A DNA stretch of 64,000 nt, from assembly GCF_009914755.1 (NCBI RefSeq), contig NC_060928.1. One strand, 5' to 3'. The stretch's first letter is position 1; each line of letters starts with the position of its first letter. This stretch comes from the human T2T-CHM13v2.0 reference genome, Homo sapiens. The position numbers and the translations under genes are program-made. The notes beneath the pieces are model-generated. The model was not told the DNA's origin. It did no database searches and saw nothing but the letters and a program-made list of their open reading frames with translations. Below are positions 10,817 through 25,500 of the stretch, piece by piece.

Positions 10817-11833
10817 CATCCTCAGAAACTTATTTGTGATGTGTGTCCTCAACTAACAGAGTTGAAACTTTGTTTTGATACAGCATTTTGGAAACACTCC
10901 TTTTGTAGAATCTGCAGGTGGATATGTGGATAGCTCTGAAGATTTCGTTGGAAACGGGAATTTCTTCATATAAAATCAAACAGAAGCATTCTCAGAAACT
11001 TCTCAGTGATGTTTGCATTCAGCTCATGGAGTTGAACACTTCCTTTCATAGAGCCGGTTTGAAACACTCTTTCTGCACTACCTGGAAGAGGCCATTTCGA
11101 GCGCTTTGAGTCCTATGGTGAAAAAGGAAATATCTTCTCATAAAAACCAGAAAGAAGCATTCTCAGAAACTTCTTTGTGTTGTGTGTACTCATGTAACAG
11201 TGTTGAACCATCCTTTTGACAGAGCAGTTTTGAAACACTCTTTTTGTAGAATCTGCAAGTGGATATTTGGATAGCTTTGAGGATTTCGTTGGAAACGGGA
11301 TGACATATAATATCTAGAGAGAAGCATTCTCAGGAACTTCTTTGTGCTGTTTGCATTCAAGTCACAGAATTGAACATTCCCTTTCATAGAGCAGATTTGA
11401 AACACTCTTTCTCTAGTATCTGGAAGTGGGCATTTCAAGCGCTTTCAGGCCTATTGAGAGAAAGGAAATACCTTCAAATAAAAACTAGACAGAAGCATTC
11501 TCAGAAACTTGTTTGTGATGTGTGTATTCAACTAACAGAGTTGAACTTTTGTTTTTACAGAGCCGTTTTAAAACACTCTTTTTGTGGAATCAGAAAGTGG
11601 ATATTCGGATGGCTCTGAGGATTTCGTTGGAAGCGGGATTACATATAAAATCTAGAGAGAAGCATTCTCAGGAACTTCTTTGTGATGTTTGCATTGAAGT
11701 CACAGAATTGAACATTCACTTTGATAGAGCAGGTTTGAAACACTCATTCTGTAGTATCTGGAAGTGGACATTTCAAGCGCTTTCAGGCCTATGGTGAGAA
11801 AGGAAATATCTTCGAATAAAAACTAGACAGAAG
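10817..11833 (+). repeat. 6-mer variant S2
   Basis: Marker ORF 10505->11522 (+1017); same diagnostic SNVs as S1. Confidence 0.93.
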
Positions 11834-14800
11834 CATCCTCAGAAACTTATTTGTGATGTGTGTCCTCAACTAACAGAGTTGAAACTTTGTTTTGATACAG
11901 CATTTTGGAAACACTCTTTTTGTAGAATCTGCAGGTGGATATTTGGATAGCTTAGAGGGATTCGTTGGAAAGGGGATATCTTCATATAAAATCTAGACAG
12001 AAGCATTCTCAGAAACTTATTTGTGATGTGTGTCCTCAACTAACAGAGTTGAACCTTGGTTTTGATACAGCATTTTGGAAACACTCCTTTTGTAGAATCT
12101 GCAGGTGGATATGTGGATAGCTCTGAAGATTTCGTTGGAAACGGGAATTTCTTCATATAAAATCAAACAGAAGCATTCTCAGAAACTTCTCAGTGATGTT
12201 TGCATTCAGCTCATGGAGTTGAACACTTCCTTTCATAGAGCCGGTTTGAAACACTCTTTCTGCACTACCTGGAAGAGGACATTTCGAGCGCTTTGAGTCC
12301 TATGGTGAAAAAGGAAATATCTTCTCATAAAAACCAGAAAGAAGCATTCTCAGAAACTTCTTTGTGTTGTGTGTACTCATGTAACAGTGTTGAACCATCC
12401 TTTTGACAGAGCAGTTTTGAAACACTCTTTTTGTAGAATCTGCAAGTGGATATTTGGATAGCTTTGAGGATTTCGTTGGAAACGGGATGACATATAATAT
12501 CTAGAGAGAAGCATACTCAGGAACTTCTTTGTGATGTTTGCATTCAAGTCACAGAATTGAACATTCCCTTTCATAGAGCAGGTTTGAAACACTCTTTCTC
12601 TAGTATCTGGAAGTGGGCATTTCAAGCGCTTTCAGGCCTATGGAGAGAAAGGAAATACCTTCAAATAAAAACTAGACAGAAGCATTCTCAGAAACTTATT
12701 TGTGATGTGTGTCCTCAACTAACAGAGTTGAACCTTTGTTTTGATACAGCATTTTGGAAACACTCCTTTTGTAGAATCTGCAGGTGGATATTTGGATAAC
12801 TTTGAAGATTTCGTTGGAAACCGGAATATCTTCATATAAAATCAAGACAGAAGCATTCTCGGAAACATCTCTGTGATGTTTGCATTCAACTCAGTAGAGT
12901 TGAACACTTCCTTTCATAGAGCAGGTTTGAAACACTCTTTCTGCACTACCTGGAAGCGGACATTTCGAGCGCTTTGAGGCCTATGGTGAAAAAGGAAATA
13001 TCTTCTCATAAAAACCAGAAAGAAGCATTCTCAGAAACTTCTTTGTGTTGTGTGTACTCAAGTAACAGTGTTGAACCTTCCTTTTGACACAGCAGTTTTG
13101 AAACACTCTTTTGGTAGAATCTGCAAGTGGATATTTGGATAGCTTTGAGGATTTCGTTGGAAACGGGTTATCTTCATATAAAATCCAGACAGGAGCATTC
13201 TCAGAAACTTCTTTGTGCTGCATGTCCTCAATTCACAGAGCTGAACCTTTGTTTGGATACAGCATTTTGGAAACATTCCTTTAGTAGAATCTGCAAGTTG
13301 ATATTTAGATAGCTTTGAAGATTTCGTTGGAAACGGGAATATCTTCATAGAAAATCTAGACGGAAGCATTCTCAGAAACTGCTTTGTGATGTTTGCATTC
13401 AAGTCACAGAGTTGAATATTCCCTTTTATAGAGTAGGTTTGAAACACTCTTTTGGCACTACCTGGAAGTGGATATTTCGAGCTCTTTGAGGCCTATGGTT
13501 AAAAGGAAATATCTTCCCATAAAAACTAGACAGAAGCCGTCTCAGAAACTTGTTTGTGATGTGTGTATTCAACTAACAGAGTTGAACATTTCTGTTACAG
13601 AGCAATTTTAAAACACTCTTTTTGTGGAATCTGAAAGTGGATAATTGGATAGCTTTGTGGATTTCGTTGGAAACGGGATGACGTATAAAATCTAGAGAGA
13701 AGCATTCTCAGGAACTTCTTTGTGATGTTTGCATTCAAGTCACAGAATTGAACATTCCCTTTCATAGAGCAGGTTTGAAACACTCTTTCTCTAGTATCTG
13801 GAAGTGGGCATTTCAAGCGCTTTCAGGCCTATGGAGAGAAAGGAAATACCTTCAAATAAAAACTAGACAGAAGCATTCTCAGAAACTTATTTGTGATGTG
13901 TGTCCTCAACTAACAGAGTTGAACCTTTGTTTTGATACAGCATTTTGGAAACACTCCTTTTGTAGGATCTGCAGGTGGATATTTGGATAGATTTTAAGAT
14001 TTCGTTGGAAACGGGAGTTTCTTCATAGAAACTCAAGACAGATGCATTCTCAGAAACATCTCTGTGATGTTTGCATTCCACTCATAGATTTGAAAACTTC
14101 CTTTCATAGAGCAGGTTTGAAACACTCTTTTTGTAATATTTGGAAGTGGACATTTGCAGCGCTTTGAGGCCTATGGTGAAAAAGGAAATATCTTCTCATA
14201 AAAACCAGAAACAAGCATTCTCAGAAACTTCTTTTTGATGTGTGTACTCAAGTAACAGAGTTGAACCTTCCTTTTGACACAGCAGTTTTGAAACAATCTT
14301 TTTGTAGAATCTGCAAGTGGATATTTGGATAGCTTTGAGGATTTCGTTGGAAACGGGATATCTTCATATAAAATCTAGACAGAAGCATTCTCAGAAACTT
14401 CTTTGTGCTGTATGTCCTCAATTAACAGAGTTGAACCATTGCTTGGATACAGCATTTTGGAAACATTCCTTGAGTAGAATCTGCAAGTTGATATTTAGAT
14501 AGATTTGAAGATTTCGTTGGAAAAGGGAATATCTCCATATAAAATCTAGAGGGAAGCATTCTCAGAAACTGCTCTGTGATGTTTCCATTCAAGTCACAGA
14601 GTTGAATATTCCCTTTTATAGAGCACGTTTGAAACACTCTTTCTGCACTATCTGGAAGTGGACATTTCGAGCGCTTTGAGGCCTATGGTGAAAAAGGAAA
14701 TATCTTCCCATAAAAACCAGACAGAAGCATTCTCAGAAACTTGTTTGTGATGTGTGTATTCAACTAACAGAGTTGAACTTTTGTTTTTACAGAGCCGTTT

Positions 14801-17800
14801 TAAAACACTCTTTTTGTGGAATCAGAAAGTGGATATTCGGATGGCTCTGAGGATTTCGTTGGAAGCGGGATTACATATAAAATCTAGAGAGAAGCATTCT
14901 CAGGAACTTCTTTGTGATGTTTGCATTGAAGTCACAGAATTGAACATTCACTTTGATAGAGCAGGTTTGAAACACTCATTCTGTAGTATCTGGAAGTGGA
15001 CATTTCAAGCGCTTTCAGGCCTATGGTGAGAAAGGAAATATCTTCGAATAAAAACTAGACAGAAGCATCCTCAGAAACTTATTTGTGATGTGTGTCCTCA
15101 ACTAACAGAGTTGAAACTTTGTTTTGATACAGCATTTTGGAAACACTCTTTTTGTAGAATCTGCAGGTGGATATTTGGATAGCTTAGAGGGATTCGTTGG
15201 AAAGGGGATATCTTCATATAAAATCTAGACAGAAGCATTCTCAGAAACTTATTTGTGATGTGTGTCCTCAACTAACAGAGTTGAACCTTGGTTTTGATAC
15301 AGCATTTTGGAAACACTCCTTTTGTAGAATCTGCAGGTGGATATGTGGATAGCTCTGAAGATTTCGTTGGAAACGGGAATTTCTTCATATAAAATCAAAC
15401 AGAAGCATTCTCAGAAACTTCTCAGTGATGTTTGCATTCAGCTCATGGAGTTGAACACTTCCTTTCATAGAGCCGGTTTGAAACACTCTTTCTGCACTAC
15501 CTGGAAGAGGACATTTCGAGCGCTTTGAGTCCTATGGTGAAAAAGGAAATATCTTCTCATAAAAACCAGAAAGAAGCATTCTCAGAAACTTCTTTGTGTT
15601 GTGTGTACTCATGTAACAGTGTTGAACCATCCTTTTGACAGAGCAGTTTTGAAACACTCTTTTTGTAGAATCTGCAAGTGGATATTTGGATAGCTTTGAG
15701 GATTTCGTTGGAAACGGGATGACATATAATATCTAGAGAGAAGCATACTCAGGAACTTCTTTGTGATGTTTGCATTCAAGTCACAGAATTGAACATTCCC
15801 TTTCATAGAGCAGGTTTGAAACACTCTTTCTCTAGTATCTGGAAGTGGGCATTTCAAGCGCTTTCAGGCCTATGGAGAGAAAGGAAATACCTTCAAATAA
15901 AAACTAGACAGAAGCATTCTCAGAAACTTATTTGTGATGTGTGTCCTCAACTAACAGAGTTGAACCTTTGTTTTGATACAGCATTTTGGAAACACTCCTT
16001 TTGTAGAATCTGCAGGTGGATATTTGGATAACTTTGAAGATTTCGTTGGAAACCGGAATATCTTCATATAAAATCAAGACAGAAGCATTCTCGGAAACAT
16101 CTCTGTGATGTTTGCATTCAACTCAGTAGAGTTGAACACTTCCTTTCATAGAGCAGGTTTGAAACACTCTTTCTGCACTACCTGGAAGCGGACATTTCGA
16201 GCGCTTTGAGGCCTATGGTGAAAAAGGAAATATCTTCTCATAAAAACCAGAAAGAAGCATTCTCAGAAACTTCTTTGTGTTGTGTGTACTCAAGTAACAG
16301 TGTTGAACCTTCCTTTTGACACAGCAGTTTTGAAACACTCTTTTGGTAGAATCTGCAAGTGGATATTTGGATAGCTTTGAGGATTTCGTTGGAAACGGGT
16401 TATCTTCATATAAAATCCAGACAGGAGCATTCTCAGAAACTTCTTTGTGCTGCATGTCCTCAATTCACAGAGCTGAACCTTTGTTTGGATACAGCATTTT
16501 GGAAACATTCCTTTAGTAGAATCTGCAAGTTGATATTTAGATAGCTTTGAAGATTTCGTTGGAAACGGGAATATCTTCATAGAAAATCTAGACGGAAGCA
16601 TTCTCAGAAACTGCTTTGTGATGTTTGCATTCAAGTCACAGAGTTGAATATTCCCTTTTATAGAGTAGGTTTGAAACACTCTTTCGGCACTACCTGGAAG
16701 TGGATATTTCGAGCTCTTTGAGGCCTATGGTTAAAAGGAAATATCTTCCCATAAAAACTAGACAGAAGCCGTCTCAGAAACTTGTTTGTGATGTGTGTAT
16801 TCAACTACCAGAGTTGAACATTTCTGTTACAGAGCAATTTTAAAACACTCTTTTTGTGGAATCTGAAAGTGGATAATTGGATAGCTTTGTGGATTTCGTT
16901 GGAAACGGGATGACGTATAAAATCTAGAGAGAAGCATTCTCAGGAACTTCTTTCTGATGTTTGCATTCAAGTCACAGAATTGAACATTCCTTTTCATAGT
17001 GCAGGTTTGAAACACTCTTTCTGTAGTATCTGGAAGTGGACATTTCAAGCGCTTTCAGGCCTACGGGGAGAAAGGAAATATCTTCAAATAAAAACTAGAC
17101 AGAAGGATTCTCAGAAACTTATTTGTGATGTGTGTCCTAAACGAACACAGTTGAACCTTTGTTTTGATACAGCATTTTGGAAACACTCCTTTTGTAGGAT
17201 CTGCAGGTGGATATTTGGATAGATTTTAAGATTTCGTTGGAAACGGGAGTTTCTTCATAGAAACTCAAGACAGATGCATTCTCAGAAACATCTCTGTGAT
17301 GTTTGCATTCCACTCATAGAGTTGAAAACTTCCTTTCATAGAGCAGGTTTGAAACACTCTTTTTGTAATATTTGGAAGTGGACATTTGCAGCGCTTTGAG
17401 GCCTATGGTGAAAAAGGAAATATCTTCTCATAAAAACCAGAAACAAGCATTCTCAGAAACTTCTTTTTGATGTGTGTACTCAAGTAACAGAGTTGAACCT
17501 TCCTTTTGACACAGCAGTTTTGAAACAATCTTTTTGTAGAATCTGCAAGTGGATATTTGGATAGCTTTGAGGATTTCGTTGGAAACGGGATATCTTCATA
17601 TAAAATCTAGACAGAAGCATTCTCAGAAACTTCTTTGTGCTGTATGTCCTCAATTAACAGAGTTGAACCATTGCTTGGATACAGCATTTTGGAAACATTC
17701 CTTGAGTAGAATCTGCAAGTTGATATTTAGATAGATTTGAAGATTTCGTTGGAAAAGGGAATATCTCCATATAAAATCTAGAGGGAAGCATTCTCAGAAA

Positions 17801-20800
17801 CTGCTTTGTGATGTTTCCATTCAAGTCACAGAGTTGAATATTCCCTTTTATAGAGCACGTTTGAAACACTCTTTCTGCACTATCTGGAAGTGGACATTTC
17901 GAGCGCTTTGAGGCCTATGGTGAAAAAGGAAATATCTTCCCATAAAAACTAGACAGAAGCATTCTCAGAAACTTGTTTGTGATGTGTGTATTCAACTAAC
18001 AGAGTTGAACTTTTGTTTTTACAGAGCCGTTTTAAAACACTCTTTTTGTGGAATCAGAAAGTGGATATTCGGATGGCTCTGAGGATTTCGTTGGAAGCGG
18101 GATTACATATAAAATCTAGAGAGAAGCATTCTCAGGAACTTCTTTGTGATGTTTGCATTGAAGTCACAGAATTGAACATTCACTTTGATAGAGCAGGTTT
18201 GAAACACTCATTCTGTAGTATCTGGAAGTGGACATTTCAAGCGCTTTCAGGCCTATGGTGAGAAAGGAAATATCTTCGAATAAAAACTAGACAGAAGCAT
18301 CCTCAGAAACTTATTTGTGATGTGTGTCCTCAACTAACAGAGTTGAAACTTTGTTTTGATACAGCATTTTGGAAACACTCTTTTTGTAGAATCTGCAGGT
18401 GGATATTTGGATAGCTTAGAGGGATTCGTTGGAAAGGGGATATCTTCATATAAAATCTAGACAGAAGCATTCTCAGAAACTTATTTGTGATGTGTGTCCT
18501 CAACTAACAGAGTTGAACCTTGGTTTTGATACAGCATTTTGGAAACACTCCTTTTGTAGAATCTGCAGGTGGATATGTGGATAGCTCTGAAGATTTCGTT
18601 GGAAACGGGAATTTCTTCATATAAAATCAAACAGAAGCATTCTCAGAAACTTCTCAGTGATGTTTGCATTCAGCTCATGGAGTTGAACACTTCCTTTCAT
18701 AGAGCCGGTTTGAAACACTCTTTCTGCACTACCTGGAAGAGGACATTTCGAGCGCTTTGAGTCCTATGGTGAAAAAGGAAATATCTTCTCATAAAAACCA
18801 GAAAGAAGCATTCTCAGAAACTTCTTTGTGTTGTGTGTACTCATGTAACAGTGTTGAACCATCCTTTTGACAGAGCAGTTTTGAAACACTCTTTTTGTAG
18901 AATCTGCAAGTGGATATTTGGATAGCTTTGAGGATTTCGTTGGAAACGGGATGACATATAATATCTAGAGAGAAGCATTCTCAGGAACTTCTTTGTGATG
19001 TTTGCATTCAAGTCACAGAATTGAACATTCCCTTTCATAGAGCAGGTTTGAAACACTCTTTCTCTAGTATCTGGAAGTGGGCATTTCAAGCGCTTTCAGG
19101 CCTATGGAGAGAAAGGAAATACCTTCAAATAAAAACTAGACAGAAGCATTCTCAGAAACTTATTTGTGATGTGTGTCCTCAACTAACAGAGTTGAACCTT
19201 TGTTTTGATACAGCATTTTGGAAACACTCCTTTTGTAGAATCTGCAGGTGGATATTTGGATAACTTTGAAGATTTCGTTGGAAACCGGAATATCTTCATA
19301 TAAAATCAAGACAGAAGCATTCTCGGAAACATCTCTGTGATGTTTGCATTCAACTCAGTAGAGTTGAACACTTCCTTTCATAGAGCCGGTTTGAAACACT
19401 CTTTCTGCACTACCTGGAAGCGGACATTTCGAGCGCTTTGAGGCCTATGGTGAAAAAGGAAATATCTTCTCATAAAAACCAGAAAGAAGCATTCTCAGAA
19501 ACTTCTTTGTGTTGTGTGTACTCAAGTAACAGTGTTGAACCTTCCTTTTGACACAGCAGTTTTGAAACACTCTTTTGGTAGAATCTGCAAGTGGATATTT
19601 GGATAGCTTTGAGGATTTCGTTGGAAACGGGTTATCTTCATATAAAATCCAGACAGGAGCATTCTCAGAAACTTCTTTGTGCTGCATGTCCTCAATTCAC
19701 AGAGCTGAACCTTTGTTTGGATACAGCATTTTGGAAACATTCCTTTAGTAGAATCTGCAAGTTGATATTTAGATAGCTTTGAAGATTTCGTTGGAAACGG
19801 GAATATCTTCATAGAAAATCTAGACGGAAGCATTCTCAGAAACTGCTTTGTGATGTTTGCATTCAAGTCACAGAGTTGAATATTCCCTTTTATAGAGTAG
19901 GTTTGAAACACTCTTTCGGCACTACCTGGAAGTGGATATTTCGAGCTCTTTGAGGCCTATGGTTAAAAGGAAATATCTTCCCATAAAAACTAGACAGAAG
20001 CCGTCTCAGAAACTTGTTTGTGATGTGTGTATTCAACTACCAGAGTTGAACATTTCTGTTACAGAGCAATTTTAAAACACTCTTTTTGTGGAATCTGAAA
20101 GTGGATAATTGGATAGCTTTGTGGATTTCGTTGGAAACGGGATGACGTATAAAATCTAGAGAGAAGCATTCTCAGGAACTTCTTTGTGATGTTTGCATTC
20201 AAGTCACAGAATTGAACATTCCTTTTCATAGTGCAGGTTTGAAACACTCTTTCTGTAGTATCTGGAAGTGGACATTTCAAGCGCTTTCAGGCCTACGGGG
20301 AGAAAGGAAATATCTTCAAATAAAAACTAGACAGAAGGATTCTCAGAAACTTATTTGTGATGTGTGTCCTAAACGAACACAGTTGAACCTTTGTTTAGAT
20401 ACAGCATTTTGGAAACACTCCTTTTGTAGGATCTGCAGGTGGATATTTGGATAGATTTTAAGATTTCGTTGGAAACGGGAGTTTCTTCATAGAAACTCAA
20501 GACAGATGCATTCTCAGAAACATCTCTGTGATGTTTGCATTCCACTCATAGAGTTGAAAACTTCCTTTCATAGAGCAGGTTTGAAACACTCTTTTTGTAA
20601 TATTTGGAAGTGGACATTTGCAGCGCTTTGAGGCCTATGGTGAAAAAGGAAATATCTTCTCATAAAAACCAGAAACAAGCATTCTCAGAAACTTCTTTTT
20701 GATGTGTGTACTCAAGTAACAGAGTTGAACCTTCCTTTTGACACAGCAGTTTTGAAACAATCTTTTTGTAGAATCTGCAAGTGGATATTTGGATAGCTTT

Positions 20801-21529
20801 GAGGATTTCGTTGGAAACGGGATATCTTCATATAAAATCTAGACAGAAGCATTCTCAGAAACTTCTTTGTGCTGTATGTCCTCAATTAACAGAGTTGAAC
20901 CATTGCTTGGATACAGCATTTTGGAAACATTCCTTTAGTAGAATCTGCAAGTTGATATTGAGATAGATTTGAAGATTTCGTTGGAAAAGGGAATATCTCC
21001 ATATAAAATCTAGACGGAAGCATTCTCAGAAACTGCTTTGTGATGTTTCCATTCAAGTCACAGAGTTGAATATTCCCTTTTATAGAGCACGTTTGAAACA
21101 CTCTTTCTGCACTATCTGGAAGTGGACATTTCGAGCGCTTTGAGGCCTATGGTGAAAAAGGAAATATCTTCCCATAAAAATTAGACAGAAGCATTCTCAG
21201 AAACTTGTTTGTGATGTGTGTATTCAACTAACAGAGTTGAACTTTTGTTTTTACAGAGCCGTTTTAAAACACTCTTTTTGTGGAATCAGAAAGTGGATAT
21301 TCGGATGGCTCTGAGGATTTCGTTGGAAGCGGGATTACATATAAAATCTAGAGAGAAGCATTCTCAGGAACTTCTTTGTGATGTTTGCATTGAAGTCACA
21401 GAATTGAACATTCACTTTGATAGAGCAGGTTTGAAACACTCATTCTGTAGTATCTGGAAGTGGACATTTCAAGCGCTTTCAGGCCTATGGTGAAAAAGGA
21501 AATATCTTCGAATAAAAACTAGACAGAAG
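11834..21529 (+). repeat. Three 19-mer HORs: H4 (11834-15065, carries conversion tract), H5 (15066-18297), H6 (18298-21529)
   Basis: Marker ORF at 14754, 17986, 21218 (3232 steps). Confidence 0.95.
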
Positions 21530-22546
21530 CATCCTCAGAAACTTATTTGTGATGTGTGTCCTCAACTAACAGAGTTGAAACTTTGTTTTGATACAGCATT
21601 TTGGAAACACTCCTTTTGTAGAATCTGCAGGTGGATATGTGGATAGCTCTGAAGATTTCGTTGGAAACGGGAATTTCTTCATATAAAATCAAACAGAAGC
21701 ATTCTCAGAAACTTCTCAGTGATGTTTGCATTCAGCTCATGGAGTTGAACACTTCCTTTCATAGAGCCGGTTTGAAACACTCTTTCTGCACTACCTGGAA
21801 GAGGCCATTTCGAGCGCTTTGAGTCCTATGGTGAAAAAGGAAATATCTTCTCATAAAAACCAGAAAGAAGCATTCTCAGAAACTTCTTTGTGTTGTGTGT
21901 ACTCATGTAACAGTGTTGAACCATCCTTTTGACAGAGCAGTTTTGAAACACTCTTTTTGTAGAATCTGCAAGTGGATATTTGGATAGCTTTGAGGATTTC
22001 GTTGGAAACGGGATGACATATAATATCTAGAGAGAAGCATTCTCAGGAACTTCTTTGTGCTGTTTGCATTCAAGTCACAGAATTGAACATTCCCTTTCAT
22101 AGAGCAGATTTGAAACACTCTTTCTCTAGTATCTGGAAGTGGGCATTTCAAGCGCTTTCAGGCCTATTGAGAGAAAGGAAATACCTTCAAATAAAAACTA
22201 GACAGAAGCATTCTCAGAAACTTGTTTGTGATGTGTGTATTCAACTAACAGAGTTGAACTTTTGTTTTTACAGAGCCGTTTTAAAACACTCTTTTTGTGG
22301 AATCAGAAAGTGGATATTCGGATGGCTCTGAGGATTTCGTTGGAAGCGGGATTACATATAAAATCTAGAGAGAAGCATTCTCAGGAACTTCTTTGTGATG
22401 TTTGCATTGAAGTCACAGAATTGAACATTCACTTTGATAGAGCAGGTTTGAAACACTCATTCTGTAGTATCTGGAAGTGGACATTTCAAGCGCTTTCAGG
22501 CCTATGGTGAGAAAGGAAATATCTTCGAATAAAAACTAGACAGAAG
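21530..22546 (+). repeat. 6-mer variant S3
   Basis: Marker ORF 21218->22235 (+1017). Confidence 0.93.
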
Positions 22547-25500
22547 CATCCTCAGAAACTTATTTGTGATGTGTGTCCTCAACTAACAGAGTTGAAACTT
22601 TGTTTTGATACAGCATTTTGGAAACACTCTTTTTGTAGAATCTGCAGGTGGATATTTGGATAGCTTAGAGGGATTCGTTGGAAAGGGGATATCTTCATAT
22701 AAAATCTAGACAGAAGCATTCTCAGAAACTTATTTGTGATGTGTGTCCTCAACTAACAGAGTTGAACCTTGGTTTTGATACAGCATTTTGGAAACACTCC
22801 TTTTGTAGAATCTGCAGGTGGATATGTGGATAGCTCTGAAGATTTCGTTGGAAACGGGAATTTCTTCATATAAAATCAAACAGAAGCATTCTCAGAAACT
22901 TCTCAGTGATGTTTGCATTCAGCTCATGGAGTTGAACACTTCCTTTCATAGAGCCGGTTTGAAACACTCTTTCTGCACTACCTGGAAGAGGACATTTCGA
23001 GCGCTTTGAGTCCTATGGTGAAAAAGGAAATATCTTCTCATAAAAACCAGAAAGAAGCATTCTCAGAAACTTCTTTGTGTTGTGTGTACTCATGTAACAG
23101 TGTTGAACCATCCTTTTGACAGAGCAGTTTTGAAACACTCTTTTTGTAGAATCTGCAAGTGGATATTTGGATAGCTTTGAGGATTTCGTTGGAAACGGGA
23201 TGACATATAATATCTAGAGAGAAGCATTCTCAGGAACTTCTTTGTGATGTTTGCATTCAAGTCACAGAATTGAACATTCCCTTTCATAGAGCAGGTTTGA
23301 AACACTCTTTCTCTAGTATCTGGAAGTGGGCATTTCAAGCGCTTTCAGGCCTATGGAGAGAAAGGAAATACCTTCAAATAAAAACTAGACAGAAGCATTC
23401 TCAGAAACTTATTTGTGATGTGTGTCCTCAACTAACAGAGTTGAACCTTTGTTTTGATACAGCATTTTGGAAACACTCCTTTTGTAGAATCTGCAGGTGG
23501 ATATTTGGATAACTTTGAAGATTTCGTTGGAAACCGGAATATCTTCATATAAAATCAAGACAGAAGCATTCTCGGAAACATCTCTGTGATGTTTGCATTC
23601 AACTCAGTAGAGTTGAACACTTCCTTTCATAGAGCAGGTTTGAAACACTCTTTCTGCACTACCTGGAAGCGGACATTTCGAGCGCTTTGAGGCCTATGGT
23701 GAAAAAGGAAATATCTTCTCATAAAAACCAGAAAGAAGCATTCTCAGAAACTTCTTTGTGTTGTGTGTACTCAAGTAACAGTGTTGAACCTTCCTGTTGA
23801 CACAGCAGTTTTGAAACACTCTTTTGGTAGAATCTGCAAGTGGATATTTGGATAGCTTTGAGGATTTCGTTGGAAACGGGTTATCTTCATATAAAATCCA
23901 GACAGGAGCATTCTCAGAAACTTCTTTGTGCTGCATGTCCTCAATTCACAGAGCTGAACCTTTGTTTGGATACAGCATTTTGGAAACATTCCTTTAGTAG
24001 AATCTGCAAGTTGATATTTAGATAGCTTTGAAGATTTCGTTGGAAACGGGAATATCTTCATAGAAAATCTAGACGGAAGCATTCTCAGAAACTGCTTTGT
24101 GATGTTTGCATTCAAGTCACAGAGTTGAATATTCCCTTTTATAGAGTAGGTTTGAAACACTCTTTCGGCACTACCTGGAAGTGGATATTTCGAGCTCTTT
24201 GAGGCCTATGGTTAAAAGGAAATATCTTCCCATAAAAACTAGACAGAAGCCGTCTCAGAAACTTGTTTGTGATGTGTGTATTCAACTAACAGAGTTGAAC
24301 ATTTCTGTTACAGAGCAATTTTAAAACACTCTTTTTGTGGAATCTGAAAGTGGATAATTGGATAGCTTTGTGGATTTCGTTGGAAACGGGATGACGTATA
24401 AAATCTAGAGAGAAGCATTCTCAGGAACTTCTTTCTGATGTTTGCATTCAAGTCACAGAATTGAACATTCCTTTTCATAGTGCAGGTTTGAAACACTCTT
24501 TCTGTAGTATCTGGAAGTGGACATTTCAAGCGCTTTCAGGCCTACGGGGAGAAAGGAAATATCTTCAAATAAAAACTAGACAGAAGGATTCTCAGAAACT
24601 TATTTGTGATGTGTGTCCTAAACGAACACAGTTGAACCTTTGTTTAGATACAGCATTTTGGAAACACTCCTTTTGTAGGATCTGCAGGTGGATATTTGGA
24701 TAGATTTTAAGATTTCGTTGGAAACGGGAGTTTCTTCATAGAAACTCAAGACAGATGCATTCTCAGAAACATCTCTGTGATGTTTGCATTCCACTCATAG
24801 AGTTGAAAACTTCCTTTCATAGAGCAGGTTTGAAACACTCTTTTTGTAATATTTGGAAGTGGACATTTGCAGCGCTTTGAGGCCTATGGTGAAAAAGGAA
24901 ATATCTTCTCATAAAAACCAGAAACAAGCATTCTCAGAAACTTCTTTTTGATGTGTGTACTCAAGTAACAGAGTTGAACCTTCCTTTTGACACAGCAGTT
25001 TTGAAACAATCTTTTTGTAGAATCTGCAAGTGGATATTTGGATAGCTTTGAGGATTTCGTTGGAAACGGGATATCTTCATATAAAATCTAGACAGAAGCA
25101 TTCTCAGAAACTTCTTTGTGCTGTATGTCCTCAATTAACAGAGTTGAACCATTGCTTGGATACAGCATTTTGGAAACATTCCTTTAGTAGAATCTGCAAG
25201 TTGATATTGAGATAGATTTGAAGATTTCGTTGGAAAAGGGAATATCTCCATATAAAATCTAGACGGAAGCATTCTCAGAAACTGCTTTGTGATGTTTCCA
25301 TTCAAGTCACAGAGTTGAATATTCCCTTTTATAGAGCACGTTTGAAACACTCTTTCTGCACTATCTGGAAGTGGACATTTCGAGCGCTTTGAGGCCTATG
25401 GTGAAAAAGGAAATATCTTCCCATAAAAATTAGACAGAAGCATTCTCAGAAACTTGTTTGTGATGTGTGTATTCAACTAACAGAGTTGAACTTTTGTTTT

